A stretch of DNA of 64,000 nucleotides, taken from NCBI GenBank assembly GCA_964016885.1, contig OZ024741.1:249302001-249366000 (forward strand), read 5' to 3'. Of this stretch, positions 52,301 through 64,000 are shown piece after piece; the stretch's first letter is position 1; each line of letters begins with the position of its first letter. The notes beneath the pieces are model-generated. The model saw only the letters and a program-made list of their open reading frames with translations, made no database searches and had not been told where the DNA came from. This stretch comes from Eledone cirrhosa (taxonomy: Eukaryota). A program made the position numbers and the translations under genes.

Positions 52301-55300
52301 TAATTTCCAGCCGTCCAAGGGGAGATAATTTCCCGCCAGCCAAGGAGAGATAACATTTAAAAAAATCAGGCGGAGATAATTTGTAAAAAAAATCAGGGGG
52401 AGATAATTTGTAAAAAAATCAGGGGGAGATAATTTGTAAAAAAAATCAGGGGTAGATAATTTCCAGCCGTCCAAGGGGAGATAATTTCCATCCTTCCAAG
52501 GGGAGATAATTTCCAGCCGTCCAAGGGGAGATAATTTCCCGCCAGCCAAGGAGAGATAATATTTAAAAAAATCAGGCGGAGATAATTTGTAAAAAAAAAT
52601 CAGGGGGAGATAATTTGTAAAAAAATCAGGGGGAGATAATTTGTAAAAAAAAATCAGGGGGAGATAATTTGTAAAAAAAATCAGGGGGAGATAATTTGTA
52701 AAAAAAAATCAGGGGTAGATAATTTGTAAAAAAAAATCAGGGGGAGATAATTTGTAAAAAAAAATCAGGGGGAGATAATTTGTAAAAAAATCAAGGGGAG
52801 ATAATTTCCAGCCGTCCAAGGGGAGATAATTTTCAGCCGTCCAAGGAGAGGTAATTTCTAGCCGTCCAAGGGGAGATAATTTCCAGCCGTCCAAGGGGAG
52901 ATAATTTTTTTAAAAAAATCAGGCGGAGATAATTTGTAAACAAAAATCAGGGGGAGATAATTTGTAAAAAAAAATCAGGGGGAGATAATTTGTAAAAAAA
53001 AATCAGGGGGAGATAATTTGTAAAAAAAATCAAGGGGAGATAATTTCCAGCCGTCCAAGGGGAGGTAATATCTAGCCATCCAAGGGGAGATAATTTCCAG
53101 CCGTCCAAGGGGAGATAATTTCCAGCCGTCCAAGGGGAGATAATATCCAGCCGTCCAAGGAGACATATTTTCCAGCCGTCCAAGGAGAGGTAATTTCTAG
53201 CCGTCCAAGGGGAGATAAGTTCCAGCCTCCAAGGGGAGATAATTTCCAGCCAGCCAAGGGGAGATAATTTGTAAAAAAATCAGGGGGAGATAATTTGTAA
53301 AAAAAAATCAGGGGGAGATAATTTGTAAAAAAATCAGGGGGAGATAATTTGTAAAAAAAAATCAGGGGGAGATAATTTGTAAAAAAAATCAGGGGGAGAT
53401 AATTTGTAAAAAAAATCAGGGGTAGATAATTTGTAAAAAAAATCAGGGGGAGATAATTTGTAAAAAAAATCAGGGGGAGATAATTTGTAAAAAAAATCAG
53501 GGGTAGATAATTTTCAGCCGTCCAAGGGGAGATAATTTCCATCCTTCCAAGGGGAGATAATTTCCAGCCGTCCAAGGGGAGATAATTTCCCGCCAGCCAA
53601 GGAGAGATAACATTTAAAAAAATCAGGCGGAGATAATTTGTAAAAAAAATCAGGGGGAGATAATTTGTAAAAAAATCAGGGGGAGATAATTTGTAAAAAA
53701 AATCAGGGGTAGATAATTTCCAGCCGTCCAAGGGGAGATAATTTCCATCCTTCCAAGGGGAGATAATTTCCAGCCGTCCAAGGGGAGATAATTTCCCGCC
53801 AGCCAAGGAGAGATAACATTTAAAAAAATCAGGCGGAGATAATTTGTAAAAAAATCAGGGGGAGATAATTTGTAAAAAAATCAGGGGGAGATAATTTGTA
53901 AAAAAAAATCAGGGGGAGATAATTTGTAAAAAAAATCAGGGGGAGATAATTTGTAAAAAAAAATCAGGGGTAGATAATTTGTAAAAAAAAATCAGGGGGA
54001 GATAATTTGTAAAAAAATCAAGGGGAGATAATTTCCAGCCGTCCAAGGGGAGATAATTTTCAGCCGTCCAAGGAGAGGTAATTTCTAGCCGTCCAAGGGG
54101 AGATAATTTCCAGCCGTCCAAGGGGAGATAATTTTTTAAAAAAATCAGGCGGAGATAATTTGTAAACAAAAATCAGGGGGAGATAATTTGTAAAAAAAAA
54201 TCAGGGGGAGATAATTTGTAAAAAAAAATCAGGGGGAGATAATTTGTAAAAAAAATCAAGGGGAGATAATTTCCAGCCGTCCAAGGGGAGGTAATATCTA
54301 GCCATCCAAGGGGAGATAATTTCCAGCCGTCCAAGGGGAGATAATTTCCAGCCGTCCAAGGGGAGATAATATCCAGCCGTCCAAGGAGACATATTTTCCA
54401 GCCGTCCAAGGAGACGTAATTTCTAGCCGTCCAAGGGGAGATAAGTTCCAGCCTCCAAGGGGAGATAATTTCCAGCCAGCCAAGGGGAGATAATTTGTAA
54501 AAAAATTAGGGGGAGATAATTTGTAAAAAAAAATTAGGGGGAGATAATTTGTAAAAAAAAATCAGGGGGAGATAATTTGTAAAAAAAAATCAGGGGGAGA
54601 TAATTTGTAAAAAAAATCAAGGGGAGATAATTTCCAGCCGTCCAAGGGGAGATAATTTTCAGCCGTCCAAGGAGAGGTAAATTCTAGCCGTCCAAGGAGA
54701 TATAATTTCCAGCCGTCCAAGGGGAGATAATTTCCAGCCGTCCAAGGGGAGATAATTTTTAAAAAAAAATCAGGCGGAGATAATTTGTAAACAAAAATCA
54801 GGGGGAGATAATTTTTAAAAAAAAATCAGGGGGAGATAATTTGTAAAAAAAAATCAGGGGGAGATAATTTGTAAAAAAAATCAAGGGGAGATAATTTCCA
54901 GCCGTCCAAGGGGAGGTAATATCTAGCCATCCAAGGGGAGATAATTTCCAGCCGTCCAAGGGGAGATAATTTCCAGCCGTCCAAGGGGAGATAATATCCA
55001 GCCGTCCAAGGAGACATATTTTCCAGCCGTCCAAGGAGAGGTAATTTCTAGCCGTCCAAGGGGAGATAAGTTCCAGCCTCCAAGGGGAGATAATTTCCAG
55101 CCAGCCAAGGGGAGATAATTTGTAAAAAAATCAGGGGGGAGATAATTTGTAAAAAAAATCAGGGGGAGATAATTTGAAAAATAAATCAGGGGGAGATAAT
55201 TTGTAAAAAATATCAAGGGGAGATAATTTCCAGCCCTCCAAGGGGCTATAATTTCCAGCCGTGCAAGGGGAGATAATTTCCAGCCGTCCAAGGGGAGATA

Positions 55301-55399
55301 ATTTCCATCCTTCCAAGGGGAGATAATTTCCAGCCGTCCAAGGGGAGATAATTTCCCGCCAGCCAAGGGAAGATAATTTTTTAAAAAATCAGGCGGAGA

Positions 55400-58300
55400 T
55401 TGTAAAAAAAATCAGGGGGAGATAATTTGTAAATAAAATCAGGGGGAGATAATTTGTAAAAAAAATCAGGGGGAGATAATTTGTAAAAAAATCAGGGGTA
55501 GATAATTTTCAGCCGTCCAAGGGGAGATAATTTCCATCCTTCCAAGGGGAGATAATTTCCAGCCGTCCAAGGGGAGATAATTTCCCGCCAGCCAAGGAGA
55601 GATAACATTTAAAAAAATCAGGCGGAGATAATTTGTAAAAAAAATCAGGGGGAGATAATTTGTAAAAAAATCAGGGGGAGATAATTTGTAAAAAAAATCA
55701 GGGGTAGATAATTTCCAGCCGTCCAAGGGGAGATAATTTCCATCCTTCCAAGGGGAGATAATTTCCAGCCGTCCAAGGGGAGATAATTTCCCGCCAGCCA
55801 AGGAGAGATAATATTTAAAAAAATCAGGCGGAGATAATTTGTAAAAAAAATCAGGGGGAGATAATTTGTAAAAAAATCAGGGGGAGATAATTTGTAAAAA
55901 AAAATCAGGGGGAGATAATTTGTAAAAAAAATCAGGGGGAGATAATTTGTAAAAAAAAATCAGGGGTAGATAATTTGTAAAAAAAAATCAGGGGGAGATA
56001 ATTTGTAAAAAAAAAATCAGGGGGAGATAATTTGTAAAAAAATCAAGGGGAGATAATTTCCAGCCGTCCAAGGGGAGATAATTTTCAGCCGTCCAAGGAG
56101 AGGTAATTTCTAGCCGTCCAAGGGGAGATAATTTCCAGCCGTCCAAGGGGAGATAATTTTTTTAAAAAAATCAGGCGGAGATAATTTGTAAACAAAAATC
56201 AGGGGGAGATAATTTGTAAAAAAAAATCAGGGGGAGATAATTTGTAAAAAAAAATCAGGGGGAGATAATTTGTAAAAAAAATCAAGGGGAGATAATTTCC
56301 AGCCGTCCAAGGGGAGGTAATATCTAGCCATCCAAGGGGAGATAATTTCCAGCCGTCCAAGGGGAGATAATTTCCAGCCGTCCAAGGGGAGATAATATCC
56401 AGCCGTCCAAGGAGACATATTTTCCAGCCGTCCAAGGAGACGTAATTTCTAGCCGTCCAAGGGGAGATAAGTTCCAGCCTCCAAGGGGAGATAATTTCCA
56501 GCCAGCCAAGGGGAGATAATTTGTAAAAAAATTAGGGGGAGATAATTTGTAAAAAAAAATTAGGGGGAGATAATTTGTAAAAAAAAATCAGGGGGAGATA
56601 ATTTGTAAAAAAAAATCAGGGGGAGATAATTTGTAAAAAAAATCAAGGGGAGATAATTTCCAGCCGTCCAAGGGGAGATAATTTTCAGCCGTCCAAGGAG
56701 AGGTAAATTCTAGCCGTCCAAGGAGATATAATTTCCAGCCGTCCAAGGGGAGATAATTTCCAGCCGTCCAAGGGGAGATAATTTTTAAAAAAAAATCAGG
56801 CGGAGATAATTTGTAAACAAAAATCAGGGGGAGATAATTTTTTAAAAAAAATCAGGGGGAGATAATTTGTAAAAAAAAATCAGGGGGAGATAATTTGTAA
56901 AAAAAATCAAGGGGAGATAATTTCCAGCCGTCCAAGGGGAGGTAATATCTAGCCATCCAAGGGGAGATAATTTCCAGCCGTCCAAGGGGAGATAATTTCC
57001 AGCCGTCCAAGGGGAGATAATATCCAGCCGTCCAAGGAGACATATTTTCCAGCCGTCCAAGGAGAGGTAATTTCTAGCCGTCCAAGGGGAGATAAGTTCC
57101 AGCCTCCAAGGGGAGATAATTTCCAGCCAGCCAAGGGGAGATAATTTGTAAAAAAATCAGGGGGGAGATAATTTGTAAAAAAAATCAGGGGGAGATAATT
57201 TGAAAAAAAAATCAGGGGGAGATAATTTGTAAAAAATATCAAGGGGAGATAATTTCCAGCCCTCCAAGGGGCTATAATTTCCAGCCGTGCAAGGGGAGAT
57301 AATTTCCAGCCGTCCAAGGGGAGATAATTTCCATCCTTCCAAGGGGAGATAATTTCCAGCCGTCCAAGGGGAGATAATTTCCCGCCAGCCAAGGGAAGAT
57401 AATTTTTTAAAAAATCAGGCGGAGATTGTAAAAAAAATCAGGGGGAGATAATTTGTAAAAAAATCAGGGGGAGATAATTTGTAAAAAAAAAATCAGGGGG
57501 AGATAATTTGTAAAAAAAAATCAGGGGGAGATAATTTGTAAAAAAAATCAGGGGGAGATAATTTGTAAAAAAAATCAGGGGTAGATAATTTGTAAAAAAA
57601 ATCAGGGGGAGATAATTTGTAAAAAAAATCAGGGGGAGATAATTTGTAAAAAAAATCAGGGGTAGATAATTTTCAGCCGTCCAAGGGGAGATAATTTCCA
57701 TCCTTCCAAGGGGAGATAATTTCCAGCCGTCCAAGGGGAGATAATTTCCCGCCAGCCAAGGAGAGATAACATTTAAAAAAATCAGGCGGAGATAATTTGT
57801 AAAAAAATCAGGGGGAGATAATTTGTAAAAAAAAATCAGGGGTAGATAATTTCCAGCCGTCCAAGGGGAGATAATTTCCATCCTTCCAAGGGGAGATAAT
57901 TTCCAGCCGTCCAAGGGGAGATAATTTCCCGCCAGCCAAGGAGAGATAATATTTAAAAAAATCAGGCGGAGATAATTTGTAAAAAAAATCAGGGGGAGAT
58001 AATTTGTAAAAAAATCAGGGGGAGATAATTTGTAAAAAAAAATCAGGGGGAGATAATTTGTAAAAAAAAATCAGGGGGAGATAATTTGTAAAAAAAAATC
58101 AGGGGTAGATAATTTGTAAAAAAAAATCAGGGTGAGATAATTTGTAAAAGAAAAATCAGGGGGAGATAATTTGTAAAAAAATCAAGGGGAGATAATTTCC
58201 AGCCGTCCAAGGGGAGATAATTTTCAGCCGTCCAAGGAGAGGTAATTTCTAGCCGTCCAAGGGGAGATAATTTCCAGCCGTCCAAGGGGAGATAATTTTT

Positions 58301-58600
58301 TTAAAAAAATCAGGCGGAGATAATTTGTAAACAAAAATCAGGGGGAGATAATTTGTAAAAAAAAATCAGGGGGAGATAATTTGTAAAAAAAAATCAGGGG
58401 GAGATAATTTGTAAAAAAAATCAAGGGGAGATAATTTGTCAAAAAAAATCAGGGGTAGATAATTTGTAAAAAAAAATCAGGGGGAGATAATTTGTAAAAA
58501 AAAAATCAGGGGGAGATAATTTGTAAAAAAATCAAGGGGAGATAATTTCCAGCCGTCCAAGGGGAGATAATTTTCAGCCGTCCAAGGAGAGGTAATTTCT
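55400..58600 (+). repeat. Dispersed copy of ~18,000-21,200 (offset ~37,388)
   Basis: ORF offset of 37388 (18811/56199, 19454/56842, 20050/57438). Shared variants are GTAAATAAAATC, GGGTGAGAT, AAAAGAAAAATC and TTTGTC. Confidence 0.85.
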
Positions 58601-61600
58601 AGCCGTCCAAGGGGAGATAATTTCCAGCCGTCCAAGGGGAGATAATTTTTTTAAAAAAATCAGGCGGAGATAATTTGTAAACAAAAATCAGGGGGAGATA
58701 ATTTGTAAAAAAAAATCAGGGGGAGATAATTTGTAAAAAAAAATCAGGGGGAGGTAATTTGTAAAAAAAATCAAGGGGAGATAATTTCCAGCCGTCCAAG
58801 GGGAGGTAATATCTAGCCATCCAAGGGGAGATAATTTCCAGCCGTCCAAGGGGAGATATTTTCCAGCCGTCCAAGGAGAGGTAATTTCTAGCCGTCCAAG
58901 GGGAGATAAGTTCCTGCCTCCAAGGGGAGATAATTTCCAGCCAGCCAAGGGGAGATAATTTGTAAAAAAATCAGGGGGAGATAATTTGTAAAAAAAAAAT
59001 CAGGGGGAGATAATTTGTAAAAAAATCAGGGGGAGATAATTTGTAAAAAAAAAATCAGGGGGAGATAATTTGTAAAAAAAATCAGGGGGAGATAATTTGT
59101 AAAAAAAATCAGGGGTAGATAATTTGTAAAAAAAATCAGGGGGAGATAATTTGTAAAAAAAATCAGGGGGAGATAATTTGTAAAAAAAATCAGGGGTAGA
59201 TAATTTTCAGCCCTCCAAGGGGAGATAATTTCCATCCTTCCAAGGGGAGATAATTTCCAGCCGTCCAAGGGGAGATAATTTCCCGCCAGCCAAGGAGAGA
59301 TAACATTTAAAAAAATCAGGCGGAGATAATTTGTAAAAAAAATCAGGGGGAGATAATTTGTAAAAAAATTAGGGGGAGATAATTTGTAAAAAAAATCAGG
59401 GGTAGATAATTTCCAGCCGTCCAAGGGGAGATAATTTCCATCCTTCCAAGGGGAGATAATTTCCAGCCGTCCAAGGGGAGATAATTTCCCGCCAGCCAAG
59501 GAGAGATAATATTTAAAAAAATCAGGCGGAGATAATTTGTAAAAAAAATCAGGGGGAGATAATTTGTAAAAAAATCAGGGGGAGATAATTTGTAAAAAAA
59601 AATCAGGGGGAGATAATTTGTAAAAAAAATCAGGGGGAGATAATTTGTAAAAAAAAATCAGGGGTAGATAATTTGTAAAAAAAAATCAGGGGGAGATAAT
59701 TTGTAAAAAAAAATCAGGGGGAGATAATTTGTAAAAAAATCAAGGGGAGATAATTTCCAGCCGTCCAAGGGGAGATAATTTTCAGCCGTCCAAGGAGAGG
59801 TAATTTCTAGCCGTCCAAGGGGAGATAATTTCCAGCCGTCCAAGGGGAGATAATTTTTTTAAAAAAATCAGGCGGAGATAATTTGTAAACAAAAATCAGG
59901 GGGAGATAATTTGTAAAAAAAAATCAGGGGGAGATAATTTGTAAAAAAAAATCAGGGGGAGATAATTTGTAAAAAAAATCAAGGGGAGATAATTTCCAGC
60001 CGTCCAAGGGGAGGTAATATCTAGCCATCCAAGGGGAGATAATTTCCAGCCGTCCAAGGGGAGATAATTTCCAGCCGTCCAAGGGGAGATAATATCCAGC
60101 CGTCCAAGGAGACATATTTTCCAGCCGTCCAAGGAGACATAATTTCTAGCCGTCCAAGGGGAGATAAGTTCCAGCCTCCAAGGGGAGATAATTTCCAGCC
60201 AGCCAAGGGGAGATAATTTGTAAAAAAATTAGGGGGAGATAATTTGTAAAAAAAAATTAGGGGGAGATAATTTGTAAAAAAAAATCAGGGGGAGATAATT
60301 TGTAAAAAAAAATCAGGGGGAGATAATTTGTAAAAAAAAATCAGGGGGAGATAATTTGTAAAAAAAAAATCAGGCGGAGATAATTTGTAAAAAAATCAAG
60401 GGGAGATAATTTCCAGCCGTCCAAGGGGAGATAATTTTCAGCCGTCCAAGGAGAGGTAATTTCTAGCCGTCCAAGGGGAGATAATTTCCAGCCGTCCAAG
60501 GGGAGATAATTTTTTTAAAAAAATCAGGCGGAGATAATTTGTAAACAAAAATCAGGGGGAGATAATTTGTAAAAAAAAATCAGGGGGAGATAATTTGTAA
60601 AAAAAATCAGGGGGAGATAATTTGTAAAAAAAATCAAGGGAAGATAATTTGTAAAAAAAAATCAGGGGTAGATAATTTGTAAAAAAAAATCAGGGGGAGA
60701 TAATTTGTAAAAAAAAAATCAGGGGGAGATAATTTGTAAAAAAATCAAGGGGAGATAATTTCCAGCCGTCCAAGGGGAGATAATTTTAAGCCGTCCAAGG
60801 AGAGGTAATTTCTAGCCGTCCAAGGGGAGATAATTTCCAGCCAGCCAAGGGGAGATAATTTGTAAAAAAATCAGGGGTAGATAATTTGTAAAAAAAAATC
60901 AGGGGGAGATAATTTGTAAAAAAAATCAGGGGGAGATAATTTGTAAAAAAAATCAGGGGTAGATAATTTCCAGCCGTCCAAGGGGAGATAATTTCCATCC
61001 TTCCAAGGGGAGATAATTTCCAGCCGTCCAAGGGGAGATAATTTCCCGCCAGCCAAGGAGAGATAACATTTAAAAAAATCAGGCGGAGATAATTTGTAAA
61101 AAAAATCAGGGGGAGATAATTTGTAAAAAAATCAGGGGGAGATAATTTGTAAAAAAAATCAGGGGTAGATAATTTCCAGCCGTCCAAGGGGAGATAATTT
61201 CCATCCTTCCAAGGGGAGATAATTTCCAGCCGTCCAAGGGGAGATAATTTCCCGCCAGCCAAGGAGAGATAATATTTAAAAAAATCAGGCGGAGATAATT
61301 TGTAAAAAAAATCAGGGGGAGATAATTTGTAAAAAAATCAGGGGGAGATAATTTGTAAAAAAAAATCAGGGGAGATAATTTGTAAAAAAAATCAGGGGGT
61401 GATAATTTGTAAAAAAAATCAGGGGTAGATAATTTGTAAAAAAAAATCAGGGGGAGATAATTTGTAAAAAAAAAATCAGGGGGAGATAATTTGTAAAAAA
61501 ATCAAGGGGAGATAATTTCCAACCGTCCAAGGGGAGATAATTTTCAGCCGTCCAAGGAGGTAATTTCTAGCCGTCCAAGGGGAGATAATTTCCAGCCGTC

Positions 61601-62300
61601 CAAGGGGAGATAATTTTTTAAAAAAATCAGGCGGAGATAATTTGTAAACAAAAATCAGGGGGAGATAATTTGTAAAAAAAAATCAGGGGGAGATAATTTG
61701 TAAAAAAAATCAAGGGGAGATAATTTCCAGCTGTCCAAGGGGAGGTAATATCTAGCCATCCAAAGGGAGATAATTTCCAGCCGTCCAAGGGGAGATAATT
61801 TCCAGCCGTCCAAGGGGAGATAATATCCAGCCGTCCAAGGAGACATATTTTCCAGCCGTCCAAGGAGAGGTAATTTCTAGCCGTCCAAGGGGAGATAAGT
61901 TCCAGCCTCCAAGGGGAGATAATTTCCAGCCAGCCAAGGGGAGATAATTTGTAAAAAAATCAGGGGGAGATAATTTGTAAAAAAAAAATCAGGGGGAGAT
62001 AATTTGTAAAAAAATCAGGGGGAGATAATTTGTAGAAAAAATCAGGGGTTGATAATTTGTAAAAAAAATCAGGGGGAGATAATTTGTAAAAAAAATCAGG
62101 GGGAGATAATTTGTAAAAGAAATCAGGGGTAGATAATTTTCAGTCGTCCAAGGGGAGATAATTTCCATCCTTCCAAGGGGAGATAATTTCCAGCCGTCCA
62201 AGGGGAGATAATTTCCCGCCAGCCAAGGAGAGATAACATTTAAAAAAATCAGGCGGAGATAATTTGTAAAAAAAATCAGGGGGAGATAATTTGTAAAAAA
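58600..62300 (+). repeat. Dispersed copy of ~35,800-39,500 (offset ~22,825)
   Basis: ORF offset of 22825 (35863/58688, 36201/59026, 37961/60786). Shared rare variants are GTTCCTGCC, TTTTAAGCCG, CCAACCGT, GGGGTTGATA, AAAAGAAATC and CAGTCGTCC. Confidence 0.88.
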
Positions 62301-64000
62301 ATCAGGGGGAGATAATTTGTAAAAAAAATCAGGGGTAGATAATTTCCAGCCGTCCAAGGGGAGATAATTTCCATCCTTCCAAGGGGAGATAATTTCCAGC
62401 CGTCCAAGGGGAGATAATTTCCCGCCAGCCAAGGAGAGATAATATTTAAAAAAATCAGGCGGAGATAATTTGTAAAAAAAATCAGGGGGAGATAATTTGT
62501 AAAAAAATCAGGGGGAGATAATTTGTAAAAAAAAATCAGGGGGAGATAATTTGTAAAAAAAATCAGGGGGAGATAATTTGTAAAAAAAAATCAGGGGTAG
62601 ATAATTTGTAAAAAAAAATCAGGGGGAGATAATTTGTAAAAAAAAATCAGGGGGAGATAATTTGTAAAAAAATCAAGGGGAGATAATTTCCAGCCGTCCA
62701 AGGGGAGATAATTTTCAGCCGTCCAAGGAGAGGTAATTTCTAGCCGTCCAAGGGGAGATAATTTCCAGCCGTCCAAGGGGAGATAATTTTTTTAAAAAAA
62801 TCAGGCGGAGATAATTTGTAAACAAAAATCAGGGGGAGATAATTTGTAAAAAAAAATCAGGGGGAGATAATTTGTAAAAAAAAATCAGGGGGAGATAATT
62901 TGTAAAAAAAATCAAGGGGAGATAATTTCCAGCCGTCCAAGGGGAGGTAATATCTAGCCATCCAAGGGGAGATAATTTCCAGCCGTCCAAGGGGAGATAA
63001 TTTCCAGCCGTCCAAGGGGAGATAATATCCAGCCGTCCAAGGAGACATATTTTCCAGCCGTCCAAGGAGAGGTAATTTCTAGCCGTCCAAGGGGAGATAA
63101 GTTCCAGCCTCCAAGGGGAGATAATTTCCAGCCAGCCAAGGGGAGATAATTTGTAAAAAAATCAGGGGGAGATAATTTGTAAAAAAAAAATCAGGGGGAG
63201 ATAATTTGTAAAAAAATCAGGGGGAGATAATTTGTAAAAAAAAATCAGGGGGAGATAATTTGTAAAAAAAATCAGGGGGAGATAATTTGTAAAAAAAATC
63301 AGGGGTAGATAATTTGTGAAAAAAATCAGGGGGAGATAATTTGTAAAAAAAATCAGGGGGAGATAATTTGTAAAAAAAATCAGGGGTAGATAATTTTCAG
63401 CCGTCCAAGGGGAGATAATTTCCATCCTTCCAAGGGGAGATAATTTCCAGCCGTCCAAGGGGAGATAATTTCCCGCCAGCCAAGGAGAGATAACATTTAA
63501 AAAAATCAGGCGGAGATAATTTGTAAAAAAAATCAGGGGGAGATAATTGTAAAAAAATCAGGGGGAGATAATTTGTAAAAAAAATCAGGGGTAGATAATT
63601 TCCAGCCGTCCAAGGGGAGATAATTTCCATCCTTCCAAGGGGAGATAATTTCCAGCCGTCCAAGGGGAGATAATTTCCCGCCAGCCAAGGAGAGATAATA
63701 TTTAAAAAAATCAGGCGGAGATAATTTGTAAAAAAAATCAGGGGGAGATAATTTGTAAAAAAATCAGGGGGAGATAATTTGTAAAAAAAAATCAGGGGGA
63801 GATAATTTGTAAAAAAAATCAGGGGGAGATAATTTGTAAAAAAAAATCAGGGGTAGATAATTTGTAAAAAAAAATCAGGGGGAGATAATTTGTAAAAAAA
63901 TCAAGGGGAGATAATTTCCAGCCGTCCAAGGGGAGATAATTTTCAGCCGTCCAAGGAGAGGTAATTTCTAGCCGTCCAAGGGGAGATAATTTCCAGCCGT

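Larger units (their letters stand above)
1..64000 (+). repeat. Composite satellite DNA array of two related monomers (A 26-29 bp, B 25 bp) sharing a 13-bp core, with variable higher-order repeat structure; extends beyond both window edges
   Basis: GGGGAGATAATTT or a close variant recurs every 24-29 bp from the first to the last line. I saw no unique sequence, insertion or inversion. The ORF track consists only of the same short peptides repeated. Confidence 0.98.

Noticed and set aside
182-63663. About 200 minus-strand ORFs of 61-244 aa (NYLPLIFFT / WKLSPLGRL repeats)
   Set aside because: They are translations of the satellite. The pyrimidine-rich strand has few stop codons, while the + strand has TAA in nearly every monomer. 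The 25-29-bp units and A-tract changes shift frame constantly, most starts are alternative codons, and no domain is recognisable.
1-64000. CRISPR-like layout (constant core plus variable spacer)
   Set aside because: The core is only 13 bp and the 'spacers' are 12-16 bp in just two recurring classes rather than unique sequences. There is no leader and no cas gene.
1-64000. Sequencing artefact (rolling-circle concatemer, or homopolymer noise as the source of variation)
   Set aside because: Variants and A-tract lengths recur in linked, hierarchical haplotypes tens of kb apart, which random error would not produce. Local mis-assembly of individual duplications cannot be excluded.
1-64000. Shine-Dalgarno-like GGAG/AGGAGG and -10-like TATAAT/GATAAT motifs
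   Set aside because: They are incidental parts of the monomer with no downstream + strand ORFs and no prokaryotic gene context.
1-64000. Embedded transposon, rDNA, tRNA or other unique island
   Set aside because: Reading through the window I found no stretch departing from the A/B monomers by more than a few bases.

Overview
The whole 64 kb window is one uninterrupted, single-orientation, non-coding tandem satellite array, most likely eukaryotic heterochromatin. Neither the organism nor a centromeric versus telomeric location can be determined from the sequence. It holds roughly 2,400 monomers (estimated from ~26 bp mean length) of two types sharing the core GGGGAGATAATTT: type A = core+GT(A)7-10TCAG (26-29 bp, AT-rich) and type B = core+CCAGCCGTCCAA (25 bp, GC-richer). 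Runs of A alternate with five recognisable B cassettes (here called Z, X, Y, W, V). These combine into variable higher-order repeats (~0.2, 0.6, 1.2 and 2 kb), which were in turn duplicated in 2.6-kb, 4.1-kb and larger segments (offsets ~13, ~22.7, 30.2 and 37.4 kb). All predicted ORFs are translation artefacts of the repeat. I found no genes, RNAs, transposons or CRISPR array. The notable features are the shared-core two-monomer architecture with boundary-specific monomers, conserved A-tract length patterns, a sliding TnAm boundary at constant length, and a GATA-type motif in almost every monomer.
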